A stretch of DNA of 20,000 nt from an uncultured virus (IMG/VR IMGVR_UViG_3300032300_000143) (Duplodnaviria; Heunggongvirae; Uroviricota; Caudoviricetes), in IMG/VR virus record IMGVR_UViG_3300032300_000143, one strand, 5' to 3'. The notes beneath the pieces are model-generated. The model was not told where the DNA came from. It made no database searches and saw nothing but the letters and a program-made list of their open reading frames with translations. The translations under genes and the position numbers were made by a program. Positions 1 through 7,400 of this stretch are shown piece by piece; positions within the stretch are counted from its first letter, which is position 1; every line of letters begins with the position of its first letter.

Positions 1-231
1 TTGAATCTCCGGACCTTCGCTGTCAGATGTAGAGGCATACAGGCTATCGTCATTAGTCTCGTCATCATTCATTAGCCAGTTGCGAATTCGTTGTTTAAGT
101 GTTAATTTCATAATTTTATTTTCTATACATGGTTTCGAGGTCCGACGCAATAACGTAGATTTTCTACTCATTGATCGTTGTAATCGATTAACGGACCTTG
201 CCGTCGATGCTACTGCGTATCCACCACTCAT
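1..231 (-). CDS. Hypothetical protein, runs off the left edge (partial)
   Basis: Hand translation: ATG at 231 overlaps the TGA of the upstream gene (ATGA) and the frame stays open to position 1 (MSGGYAVAST...MKLTLKQRIRNWLMNDD...). Alternative start at 111. Confidence 0.65.
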   Translation of the reverse strand, partial: MSGGYAVASTARSVNRLQRSMSRKSTLLRRTSKPCIENKIMKLTLKQRIRNWLMNDDETNDDSLYASTSDSEGPEIQ

Positions 232-755
232 TTGATAATCTCATCTTTGCCATATTGATCCCAACTAGTAAACTTATTTCTATCTAGTAGGTCGTGGAGG
301 TTATGACACCACACTCCTGGATTAGTTGCTTTGAAATCTTTATCGTCAATCTTTATTGTAGCATTATAACCCAGCTGTTGTAAATAGGGCAGTTTAACCG
401 AAATCTGCGGAATGAACTGTTGCTTTTCCACAAGCCCACTTTCTAATAGACCCTCGATCTCACTGACATCTAGATCCAATGTACACCAGTAGCCCTGTTC
501 TAAACAGAAATAGATCATGTCTTCCCACATACGCCAATTTTCTGTGTCGTTAACACCATTAGTTTTAAAACTTTGATTAGCGCCAAAGTAGATATGTGTG
601 CAATCATTGTTCTGGGCCATTGTAGTAATAATCTGATCGTCGTGAACACCGACTACAAATAGAGTTTTCTTTCCGTATGCAGGAGTCTTTTCGATCTCAA
701 TGCCAGTAAAAAATGTAATGTTGGTAGCAACACCGTCTGTATAATCACGCTTCAT
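228..755 (-). CDS. Phage hypothetical protein (alpha/beta-like)
   Basis: 175-aa ORF overlapping both neighbours; motifs GIEIEKTPAYGKKTLFVVG and HIYFGANQSF; no confident function. Confidence 0.8.
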   Translation of the reverse strand: MKRDYTDGVATNITFFTGIEIEKTPAYGKKTLFVVGVHDDQIITTMAQNNDCTHIYFGANQSFKTNGVNDTENWRMWEDMIYFCLEQGYWCTLDLDVSEIEGLLESGLVEKQQFIPQISVKLPYLQQLGYNATIKIDDKDFKATNPGVWCHNLHDLLDRNKFTSWDQYGKDEIIK

Positions 756-1185
756 TTTTAAAACTTTCTGATTTCATTTCTTGTGTACTTTTACGTTCTT
801 GATGTTCTGCTTCGTGAGCATCGCATAGTGTGCGGATCCAGCCACCGTTTCTGCGTGTGCCAATAGCGCCACATTCTTCGCAGGCAATATCGGCCCACGA
901 CTCTGCCATACGAACCATTCCACTGATTTCATCGTCACCGCCATCGTAGTAGAACCGCAAGCCACCAAACTTTTCTTTGATCTGTGCCACAGTGACCTGC
1001 GGAATAGGACAGCATTGTTTCTCTTTCCAATCAATGTGATGTTGTATGTTGGAACACAACTTTTCAAGAATAGGAAACCATCCTTTACCTACAGCAAAGC
1101 CGCCATACTTGCCGCCAAACATCTTTGGAAAACGTTCTTCCATCTGTTTAGCAAAGGCATCATACTTTGCATATTCGTCACTCAT
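745..1185 (-). CDS. Phage hypothetical protein with QIKEKFGGLRFY motif and a C-terminal CxxC...C-H possible Zn site
   Basis: ATG at 1185 couples to the upstream TAA (TAATG); KEKFGGLRFY motif is common in phage hypotheticals; CEECG...RTLCDAH. Confidence 0.8.
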   Translation of the reverse strand: MSDEYAKYDAFAKQMEERFPKMFGGKYGGFAVGKGWFPILEKLCSNIQHHIDWKEKQCCPIPQVTVAQIKEKFGGLRFYYDGGDDEISGMVRMAESWADIACEECGAIGTRRNGGWIRTLCDAHEAEHQERKSTQEMKSESFKNEA

Positions 1186-1373
1186 TACCAAGTACTCACG
1201 TCAGTATTATCAACTTTAACTTCCTTACCCAACAGTTCGAACTGAACTGTTGTAGTAGGTCCAATTCCACTAGAGTGATCCTCAACAATTTCAAATTGAG
1301 AGACTTCTGGAAAACGCTGGGCAATATCTGCCAAGGTTTTAATTTGAGTCTGTGTTAGTGTATATTTTTTCAT
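1185..1373 (-). CDS. Small hypothetical protein
   Basis: 62-aa ORF coupled to both neighbours (ATGA and TAATG overlaps). Confidence 0.75.
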   Translation of the reverse strand: MKKYTLTQTQIKTLADIAQRFPEVSQFEIVEDHSSGIGPTTTVQFELLGKEVKVDNTDVSTW

Positions 1374-1579
1374 CGTTCGTCATCAAAGTCGACAGTTTCG
1401 TGATCGTGTTCCCATTGTTTACGTCTTAGTATAGCAAGTTCGTCTCTTAAAAGCAACCTTTGTTTCTTCAATTCTTGCATTTTAATATCTTCAAACAGCC
1501 CATTCTTTTCCAAAGTATCGATTTTTTGGTCTAATACTCTATGAGATTCTTCTAAATGTTTAATTCTGTTTTCGTACAT
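1370..1579 (-). CDS. DUF465/YdcH-like helical-hairpin protein
   Basis: RIKHLEESHRVLDQKI...MQELKKQRLLLRDEL fits the DUF465 pattern; AAGGAG RBS upstream. Confidence 0.75.
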   Translation of the reverse strand: MYENRIKHLEESHRVLDQKIDTLEKNGLFEDIKMQELKKQRLLLRDELAILRRKQWEHDHETVDFDDER

Positions 1580-1581
1580 AG

Positions 1582-3219
1582 TTACTCCTTATTGATATCT
1601 TCCTCTAACGAACGTAAATTATCGTCGTCTTGTTGATCAAACAACGGCAACCCGTCTGGACCAATTCTTACAGGCGCTAAATCTTCAATAGTGTATAAAG
1701 AGTTAAACACGTTGTCTGCAGGACCTCCCTGTAGTCTAGCACCTTCTAGACTCTTTAAGAATAATTGTGCAGAGTCAATCATATCAAATGCTTCTGCTTT
1801 ATTCTTAGTGTTGAATAATTCTTCAATGAATGTAGAAAAATATAATATTTTGTTTGGAACCCAATCGCTATATTCTTTTTCTTTTTTACCCTCAACACCT
1901 TTTATTCTCCAATCTGGTTTGAACCGTTCACATTCAATGTCCATTAATTGCTGAGCACGTTGTACAGCAACAATATGACATTCAACATTGTGTCCCATCA
2001 TTAGTGCGTAACTAAAACTATCCCACGATGTTTTGTTTGGAATTTTACCCAGTTTGTTAAGTCTTGGAACTGTGTGATAGTGTTCTGTGTTTAAATGATT
2101 AAACTTAACATTTCCAAGTTCTGCATCTGTCTTACGAACACCGTAGTCATAATATGCAATGTCGCCCATTGTTAGTCGACTTGCAAACTCGCTTTCAAAC
2201 GGAAAAGGAATGTCGTGTCGTCCTGACAGGCCTTTGTTATCGGGAGCCTTATCCATAATAACACTCCAACGCTTGTTGGTATGCTGTGCGTTTGTGTACA
2301 CCAGTCCGTGAGCAGTAGCAATAAACGGGCTTGCACAGTCGAAGCTGATTGTAAGATTGGGATTAATGTGTTTACGAATCTGCCTTTGAATCAGCGTCAA
2401 GTAGCAACTCCAATCTAATTGTGCAGTACCCAAGAAGTGAATCCAGTCTTTGCCATCTAGCATACCTTCTTCACGCATTGTCATTAGGCGTTTTAGTGTA
2501 ATAGGCATCTTACACATATTAGCACCACCAAATGCCCAACCTTCTGCTTCCTTGCCGGCATACTTGCCTTTAGGATCACTAAACTCTACAACACCTCGAT
2601 ACCATTTTTCAGCAGTATCCCAGTCACCACCTTGTAATACATTAAGCCATTTAGTCTGACCTAAACGATTCTGCAAGAAGTAATCATTGTTAAAGCGAGT
2701 CTTGTCTAGACAGTCTTCAAAGGTTTTTAAACCAGTCTTTGGACTATGAATATGATCACAGGCCCATGTAGGAACGTCTAACATCATTGACCAATCAGCA
2801 GTTAACTCTAACCATTCAAGAATCTTTTTGCGAGTTTTATTAGCTTCGGCACCTTCGAAGTTTAACCAATCAAACTTAAGAACACCTTTACCAATCTGAT
2901 AACCACCGGAGTCGCCTAAGATCATTGTATTAGGCCGATCACGTTGCTGAATCATAGACTCTTGATCCATTGACTTTTCTAAATCAAGTTGTGCGTGACC
3001 TGCAGAATACAACGCATACTTATAGGTAAAATAGCCTTGTTCTGGATTTAAAAAGTTCATACCTTCAATGCCGCGATCAAATCCTGCAGGAATTCGTTCT
3101 TTAGAAACAAATTCTTCTAGGCGTTGTTTAGCAATGTATGTAGAATAAAAAGAACTAATAGCTGGCAAATACACAGCATAGTCTTTTTGTAAAGGGGTTA
3201 GGTTAACCGGTGCTTTCAT
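1582..3219 (-). CDS. tRNA-guanine-transglycosylase-fold protein, probably a DpdA-like DNA 7-deazaguanine transglycosylase
   Basis: TGT-family motifs in order: GDSGGYQ, MMLDVP, NVLQGG, GWAFGG, IHFLG, ISFDCASP. Likely start MKAPVNL at 3219, right after the upstream stop. No CxCxxC Zn site of bacterial Tgt is visible. Confidence 0.75.
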   Translation of the reverse strand: MKAPVNLTPLQKDYAVYLPAISSFYSTYIAKQRLEEFVSKERIPAGFDRGIEGMNFLNPEQGYFTYKYALYSAGHAQLDLEKSMDQESMIQQRDRPNTMILGDSGGYQIGKGVLKFDWLNFEGAEANKTRKKILEWLELTADWSMMLDVPTWACDHIHSPKTGLKTFEDCLDKTRFNNDYFLQNRLGQTKWLNVLQGGDWDTAEKWYRGVVEFSDPKGKYAGKEAEGWAFGGANMCKMPITLKRLMTMREEGMLDGKDWIHFLGTAQLDWSCYLTLIQRQIRKHINPNLTISFDCASPFIATAHGLVYTNAQHTNKRWSVIMDKAPDNKGLSGRHDIPFPFESEFASRLTMGDIAYYDYGVRKTDAELGNVKFNHLNTEHYHTVPRLNKLGKIPNKTSWDSFSYALMMGHNVECHIVAVQRAQQLMDIECERFKPDWRIKGVEGKKEKEYSDWVPNKILYFSTFIEELFNTKNKAEAFDMIDSAQLFLKSLEGARLQGGPADNVFNSLYTIEDLAPVRIGPDGLPLFDQQDDDNLRSLEEDINKE

Positions 3220-3220
3220 A

Positions 3221-3958
3221 TTAGGCCGCTTGTGCTGGAATGATATATTTGTAAGTAGCAAGTCCGCTATCTAAAGTAATCTGAATGGCACCTTCATTAC
3301 TCAACGACATCTTGGTGTTGTTAACATCTGCAATCTTAAGGATGCTCAAGATTGGCATAACAGGCCAAGTCCAACCGCGATCCAATTTACCAGTTACACC
3401 CATTGCAAAAATAAATTCACCACCGTGTGTACTAGCATCACCGAATATGAATTTTAATTTATCACCATCAGTTTTTGCCAAGAATGTTGGATGTTCGTTG
3501 TTAGCACCTGCTTGAAAGTTGAAACGTTGTACAGCACTAACTGTTGGTTCAATTTCTACATCCCACTTAACGCCACGAAATTTGACAGTCTTCATCTTTT
3601 CGTTGATGATTTCTGTATTCATGAAACGATAGTCGTTCTTGAAGTCTCCGTCTTTGTTTTCAAAGTGTAAGCCTGTTGGAATTGTTTCGCCATTACGATC
3701 AGCAGTAGTAATACTAATCTTAGCATTTTCTTTGTACTCAGCACCGTCTAACAAATATTTCAATTTGTTTAGTTGCGGCATACCAAATACACCCATCATA
3801 TCCGGGTATGGTGCAGTAGTTTCAGCTTCCATAATCACTGAACGGTCATCGGCCATTGAATTGATTACAGTTTTATTTTGATCACCAGTGACTTTAACTG
3901 TGGTCAAGAAGCCTAGGTTCTGTGTGTGCGATACGATATCTTGTAAAATGTCTTTCAT
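3221..3958 (-). CDS. Probable DNA sliding clamp (gp45/PCNA-like processivity factor)
   Basis: 245 aa (clamp-sized), directly downstream of the DNA polymerase, alternating helix/strand pattern, C-terminal ...GAIQITLDSGLATYKYIIPA typical of clamps; AGGAG RBS. Fold is inferred. Confidence 0.6.
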   Translation of the reverse strand: MKDILQDIVSHTQNLGFLTTVKVTGDQNKTVINSMADDRSVIMEAETTAPYPDMMGVFGMPQLNKLKYLLDGAEYKENAKISITTADRNGETIPTGLHFENKDGDFKNDYRFMNTEIINEKMKTVKFRGVKWDVEIEPTVSAVQRFNFQAGANNEHPTFLAKTDGDKLKFIFGDASTHGGEFIFAMGVTGKLDRGWTWPVMPILSILKIADVNNTKMSLSNEGAIQITLDSGLATYKYIIPAQAA

Positions 3959-3981
3959 TGAAAGTTCTCCTGTATATTAAG

Positions 3982-4010
3982 ATTATATTTAGATCTAGAG
4001 TAAAAAGCAA
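3982..4010 (-). promoter_or_regulatory. Sigma70-like promoter upstream of the clamp gene, overlapping a TAAATA late-type box (3986-3991)
   Basis: Minus strand TTGCTT-N17-TATAAT, followed by AGGAG and ATG at 3958. Confidence 0.6.
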
Positions 4011-4017
4011 CCGCAAT

Positions 4018-6687
4018 TTACTCAAAGTCAAACAATTTTGCGAATGTATTATCACTGCGAGTTGAACTGATGTCCCATTCCAAGACGCCAATCAAATTTT
4101 CTAACTTTTCATCGATAACTGCATTTTCCATTTCAGCATCGTTGAAAGGCAAATCCTTAAACCATTGAGGTAGTCTAAGTTCATCTACCGGGTAGGCTAC
4201 TGAGGTATACCCCATAGGATTATCTTTGACCTTACAGACAATTACTTTGGCACCGTCTGTAATAGCCATTGAATATTTGTCATCCATCATACGTTTTAGT
4301 GTATTCCAATTGAGACTAGCTCGAACGTGTCCCGGCATATTGGCCTTGCCGGCTTTCTTTTCTTTGTCGCGATATTCACTAATGTTGTTAGCACGTTTTG
4401 GACTACCCTTCTCCCATCCTGGGCGAGTCTTGAACTCGGTGCGAAAATTAGTAATATATTCTAACACTTCTTCTTTTCCCGCGCCATTAAGTACTTTGGT
4501 AAGTACTTCGCTGAGAAAATCTTGAATTACAACAGGGGTATCGGATCTTTTTAGATCAAGTCCCATTGCTTTGATTTTGCCAGGAGCACCCCCAGTGTCT
4601 GCTCTTTTTCCTTCTTTGTCATAATAAAGGACTGCATATCGCTTCTTGGTAATGAATAGTCCTTTGGAAGCAACAATCTCGCGACCTGCTTTGATGACTT
4701 CTCCCCTACTTTTTGGGCAGTGAAATGCATCTTGCATAAACTTTGGGAAGGTTCCATTAACAGTTTCTCCTATAGTATCGTAAAGTTCAACAACTGATTC
4801 CTTACTCCAAGGAATAGCCCCTTTCTCAATGTCCTTCTTCAACGTAGCATACGCTGAGAAGTAACAAGAGTCTGTGTCACCGTAGATGATCGCTTTGCCA
4901 ATATGATCATTATCTCCGGTAATAATTTCATTTACTTTACCTGCCATATGACGAGCAATGGCACGACCTGTTAGTGTAGTTGATTGTCCAATACGGTTGT
5001 CAAAGAATCTGCAACCAGGATTAAGAATAGCACCATACAAACTGTTCAAATTAATCTTTTTGACTAACTGACGTTTGTCCCAGTATTCTTCTTCAATCTT
5101 ATTACCGGCTGCAATACAATCTTTTAGTTTGGCCTGCATTTCTTTACGTTCAGCGTACCAACGTTTTAACAAGCCGGGAATGATACCTTCTTTCTCATAG
5201 GTAAAGATTGTGCCGTTAGCACTAAGCATCCAAGGCTGATTGCTTTCAAAGATTAGATCATAGGCCTGAGCAGCACTAAGTGTATCTACTCCGCCATCTT
5301 CCCAGTCGATAGTAATTTCTCGACCAACATTTCGTTCTAATACCGCGGCATATTCCAATGAACCAAATATACCTTCCCAAGCGGATGCAAATGATTTACC
5401 TTTGGCAATTTCAGCAGCAATATAATCTTTAGTGCCATCTTGACGCAACTGACCAACAATAGTTTCCGGACCCATGTTTAGAGCACGAATTGCTGACGGA
5501 TATAGTGAGTTAATATCTAACGAACCAATCCACTCGTGAATGCCTTTTTTGGGATAGGCCACATAAGCACCAGCGGCTTGATTACTAAAGCCTTCTTCTC
5601 GACTTATTCTATTGGGAACAATCATGCCACGCTTGTGAGCTTCATTGATAATGGCCTGTTCCGTAACTGCAACAGCACCCATTGTGGTCTGTAGTAGAAC
5701 AGTACATTCGTGTGCCAGTGTGTTAGCAAGAGCCAGAAACTTTAATTTCTTGTCTAGCTTTTCCAACAGCATACAGTCTTGTCTGTTGTACTCGATGAAT
5801 CTACGGAAATCGTTGTTGTATAACTGATCAAGTGTACCTTCGTACACAGTCTTGTTTTCACCAATTTCCATCTCGCCAATAGCGTCCAGTCGATAGGTAT
5901 GGCGTTCTTCATATGTGTACTTGCGATACAGTTCAAGACTGTCTAAGTGTACACGACCAATAAGATCGTACGTGACAGCGGCCTTACCGTATTTTTCGTA
6001 CTCACGCTTCTTGGGAAACTGATTCCACAAACAAAAACGTCTTGTATCTTCCTTACTTAGAACTTTTGTTACACGATTAACTGTGTAAGGAATATCAAAG
6101 CCTTCTGAGTTCCAACCACTTAGTACATCTGCATCTTGTATTAGATCCAAGAACATGTCTAACATATCTGCTTCGTTATCAAACAAATACGTGTTAGGAA
6201 ATTCTTCAACTTGCTTTTTAGCCTCGTCCATACTTAATGTCTTGGGAGGAATGGCCAAACAGACCATAGTCTGCATCCATTGTAGGTAGACAGCAATAGC
6301 AGTAATTGGCATAAATGCGTCCTCTGGACTAGCATAGCCACGTTCTGGATCAAAGTCTACCTCAATGTCGAACCATGCTACATTTAACTTAGGTGCATCA
6401 ACATTAAGGTAATTGTCTTCCAGACAGCGATAAATGGGATTGATATCGCTTTCAAAAAGTTTTTTGTTTGAATGAATTGCAAGTTCTTTGCGATGTTCTT
6501 TGACGTTTTTTGAACTTACTCGTGAAAGAGGTTGTCCAAAAATACTTGTGAATTTACCCTTGGCATCCGGGTAATAAAATATATGACGGGCAGGGTATTC
6601 TTTATAATGTCGTTCGCCTTTATCATTGCGTTCAACAACATTGATCATATCCTGCTCTCTATTATAGAAAGCGTCTACGTAACTCAA
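4018..6687 (-). CDS. Family B DNA polymerase (T4 gp43-like) with 3'-5' exonuclease
   Basis: ExoI FDIE, ExoII GWNSEGFDIPY, ExoIII YNRQD; polymerase motifs DINSLYPS, KINLNSLYG, YGDTDS, KKRYA; TTG start with AGGAG RBS; C-terminal KLFDFE clamp-binding-like tail. Confidence 0.97.
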   Translation of the reverse strand: MSYVDAFYNREQDMINVVERNDKGERHYKEYPARHIFYYPDAKGKFTSIFGQPLSRVSSKNVKEHRKELAIHSNKKLFESDINPIYRCLEDNYLNVDAPKLNVAWFDIEVDFDPERGYASPEDAFMPITAIAVYLQWMQTMVCLAIPPKTLSMDEAKKQVEEFPNTYLFDNEADMLDMFLDLIQDADVLSGWNSEGFDIPYTVNRVTKVLSKEDTRRFCLWNQFPKKREYEKYGKAAVTYDLIGRVHLDSLELYRKYTYEERHTYRLDAIGEMEIGENKTVYEGTLDQLYNNDFRRFIEYNRQDCMLLEKLDKKLKFLALANTLAHECTVLLQTTMGAVAVTEQAIINEAHKRGMIVPNRISREEGFSNQAAGAYVAYPKKGIHEWIGSLDINSLYPSAIRALNMGPETIVGQLRQDGTKDYIAAEIAKGKSFASAWEGIFGSLEYAAVLERNVGREITIDWEDGGVDTLSAAQAYDLIFESNQPWMLSANGTIFTYEKEGIIPGLLKRWYAERKEMQAKLKDCIAAGNKIEEEYWDKRQLVKKINLNSLYGAILNPGCRFFDNRIGQSTTLTGRAIARHMAGKVNEIITGDNDHIGKAIIYGDTDSCYFSAYATLKKDIEKGAIPWSKESVVELYDTIGETVNGTFPKFMQDAFHCPKSRGEVIKAGREIVASKGLFITKKRYAVLYYDKEGKRADTGGAPGKIKAMGLDLKRSDTPVVIQDFLSEVLTKVLNGAGKEEVLEYITNFRTEFKTRPGWEKGSPKRANNISEYRDKEKKAGKANMPGHVRASLNWNTLKRMMDDKYSMAITDGAKVIVCKVKDNPMGYTSVAYPVDELRLPQWFKDLPFNDAEMENAVIDEKLENLIGVLEWDISSTRSDNTFAKLFDFE

Positions 6688-6699
6688 ATTTTTCTCCTA

Positions 6700-6754
6700 T
6701 GTCTTTTGTGGCAGACAAATACCGAATGTGCGGTTTATGGCCCAGCTTACCATC
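6700..6754 (-). promoter_or_regulatory. Structured leader of the polymerase gene: two hairpins with GCCAYAAA 8-nt loops (putative translational operator)
   Basis: Minus strand GC(T)GG-GCCATAAA-CCGC (6746-6730) and TGTCT-GCCACAAA-AGACA (6717-6700); the second lies immediately before TAGGAG. Confidence 0.5.
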
Positions 6755-6764
6755 TATTGTATAT

Positions 6765-7058
6765 TTAATTACTTAGCATTCTGATGAGGCCGACAGTGTC
6801 AATTGCGGTTAGCAGACAATAGTTAGCCAGCATACCAAAAGATTTCCTAGTCCAAGCAGCCCAAGCATACATAGCACAGCCAGCGATCCAAATGGGATAA
6901 AGAGCAAGAAGCGGCGGAGTGGGGACTGTGAGCGCCATAGTAATCGCGCAGCCAATGCTAATAGCCCAAGCAAGCAACTCAACAGCAAAGCGAACTCTGT
7001 TAGACTTAAAGTCATCCTTTATCCACTGTATTGTTGGTGCAAATATTGTGCCAATCAT
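6765..7058 (-). CDS. Small membrane protein with about 3 TM helices
   Basis: 97 aa with three hydrophobic segments; ATGA overlap with the upstream gene. Confidence 0.8.
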   Translation of the reverse strand: MIGTIFAPTIQWIKDDFKSNRVRFAVELLAWAISIGCAITMALTVPTPPLLALYPIWIAGCAMYAWAAWTRKSFGMLANYCLLTAIDTVGLIRMLSN

Positions 7059-7318
7059 TCCGGTAGACGTTTAGTGACACCGAGGATCATTTCGATATCA
7101 TTCCATTCTTGTTCGTGATCTTTCCAATTATCTTTGTGTGCAATCTTAATTGCCTTGTTGATAATGCTGGGTTTAATTTGTAATTCTTCTGCAACTGCTT
7201 TAACAGTTTCTTTAAGACCCTCTGACAGATCTTCAATTTCGCGAATCACATTAGAACCTTCATTAATAAGACGTTCCAGTTTGGCTTTTTCTTCGGGACC
7301 ATACATTCTTGTAGACAT
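7055..7318 (-). CDS. T4 DsbA-like double-stranded DNA-binding protein
   Basis: 87-aa helical protein; ...KETVKAVAEELQIKPSIINKAIKIAHKDN... parallels T4 DsbA in size and residue pattern; AGGAG RBS. Confidence 0.6.
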   Translation of the reverse strand: MSTRMYGPEEKAKLERLINEGSNVIREIEDLSEGLKETVKAVAEELQIKPSIINKAIKIAHKDNWKDHEQEWNDIEMILGVTKRLPE

Positions 7319-7337
7319 AATTCTCTCCTATAGAACT

Positions 7338-7366
7338 ATTATATAGTCAAAGAAAAAGCCGGTCAA
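7338..7366 (-). promoter_or_regulatory. Sigma70-type promoter for the replication operon
   Basis: Minus strand TTGACC-N17-TATAAT; the -35 box lies inside the terminator hairpin. Confidence 0.75.
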
Positions 7367-7382
7367 CTAATTGCCGGCTTTT
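7349..7382 (-). terminator. Intrinsic terminator ending the late cluster (possibly bidirectional)
   Basis: Minus strand AAAAGCCGG-CAATTAGTTGA-CCGGCTTTTTCTTT, 18 nt after the stop of the 322-aa gene. Confidence 0.8.
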
Positions 7383-7400
7383 AGATACTAATTGGACGTA

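Noticed and set aside
4005..4010. TTGCTT as a T4 MotA box
   Set aside because: Spacing to TATAAT is 17 nt, which fits a sigma70 -35 rather than the shorter MotA spacing.
4018..6687. Possible intein or intron in the DNA polymerase
   Set aside because: Continuous 889-aa ORF of normal gp43-like length with normally spaced motifs.
6700..6760. PreQ1 riboswitch reading of the polymerase leader, given the TGT-like gene downstream
   Set aside because: Lacks the preQ1-I consensus stem-loop and A-rich 3' tail; kept only as an unassigned structured leader.
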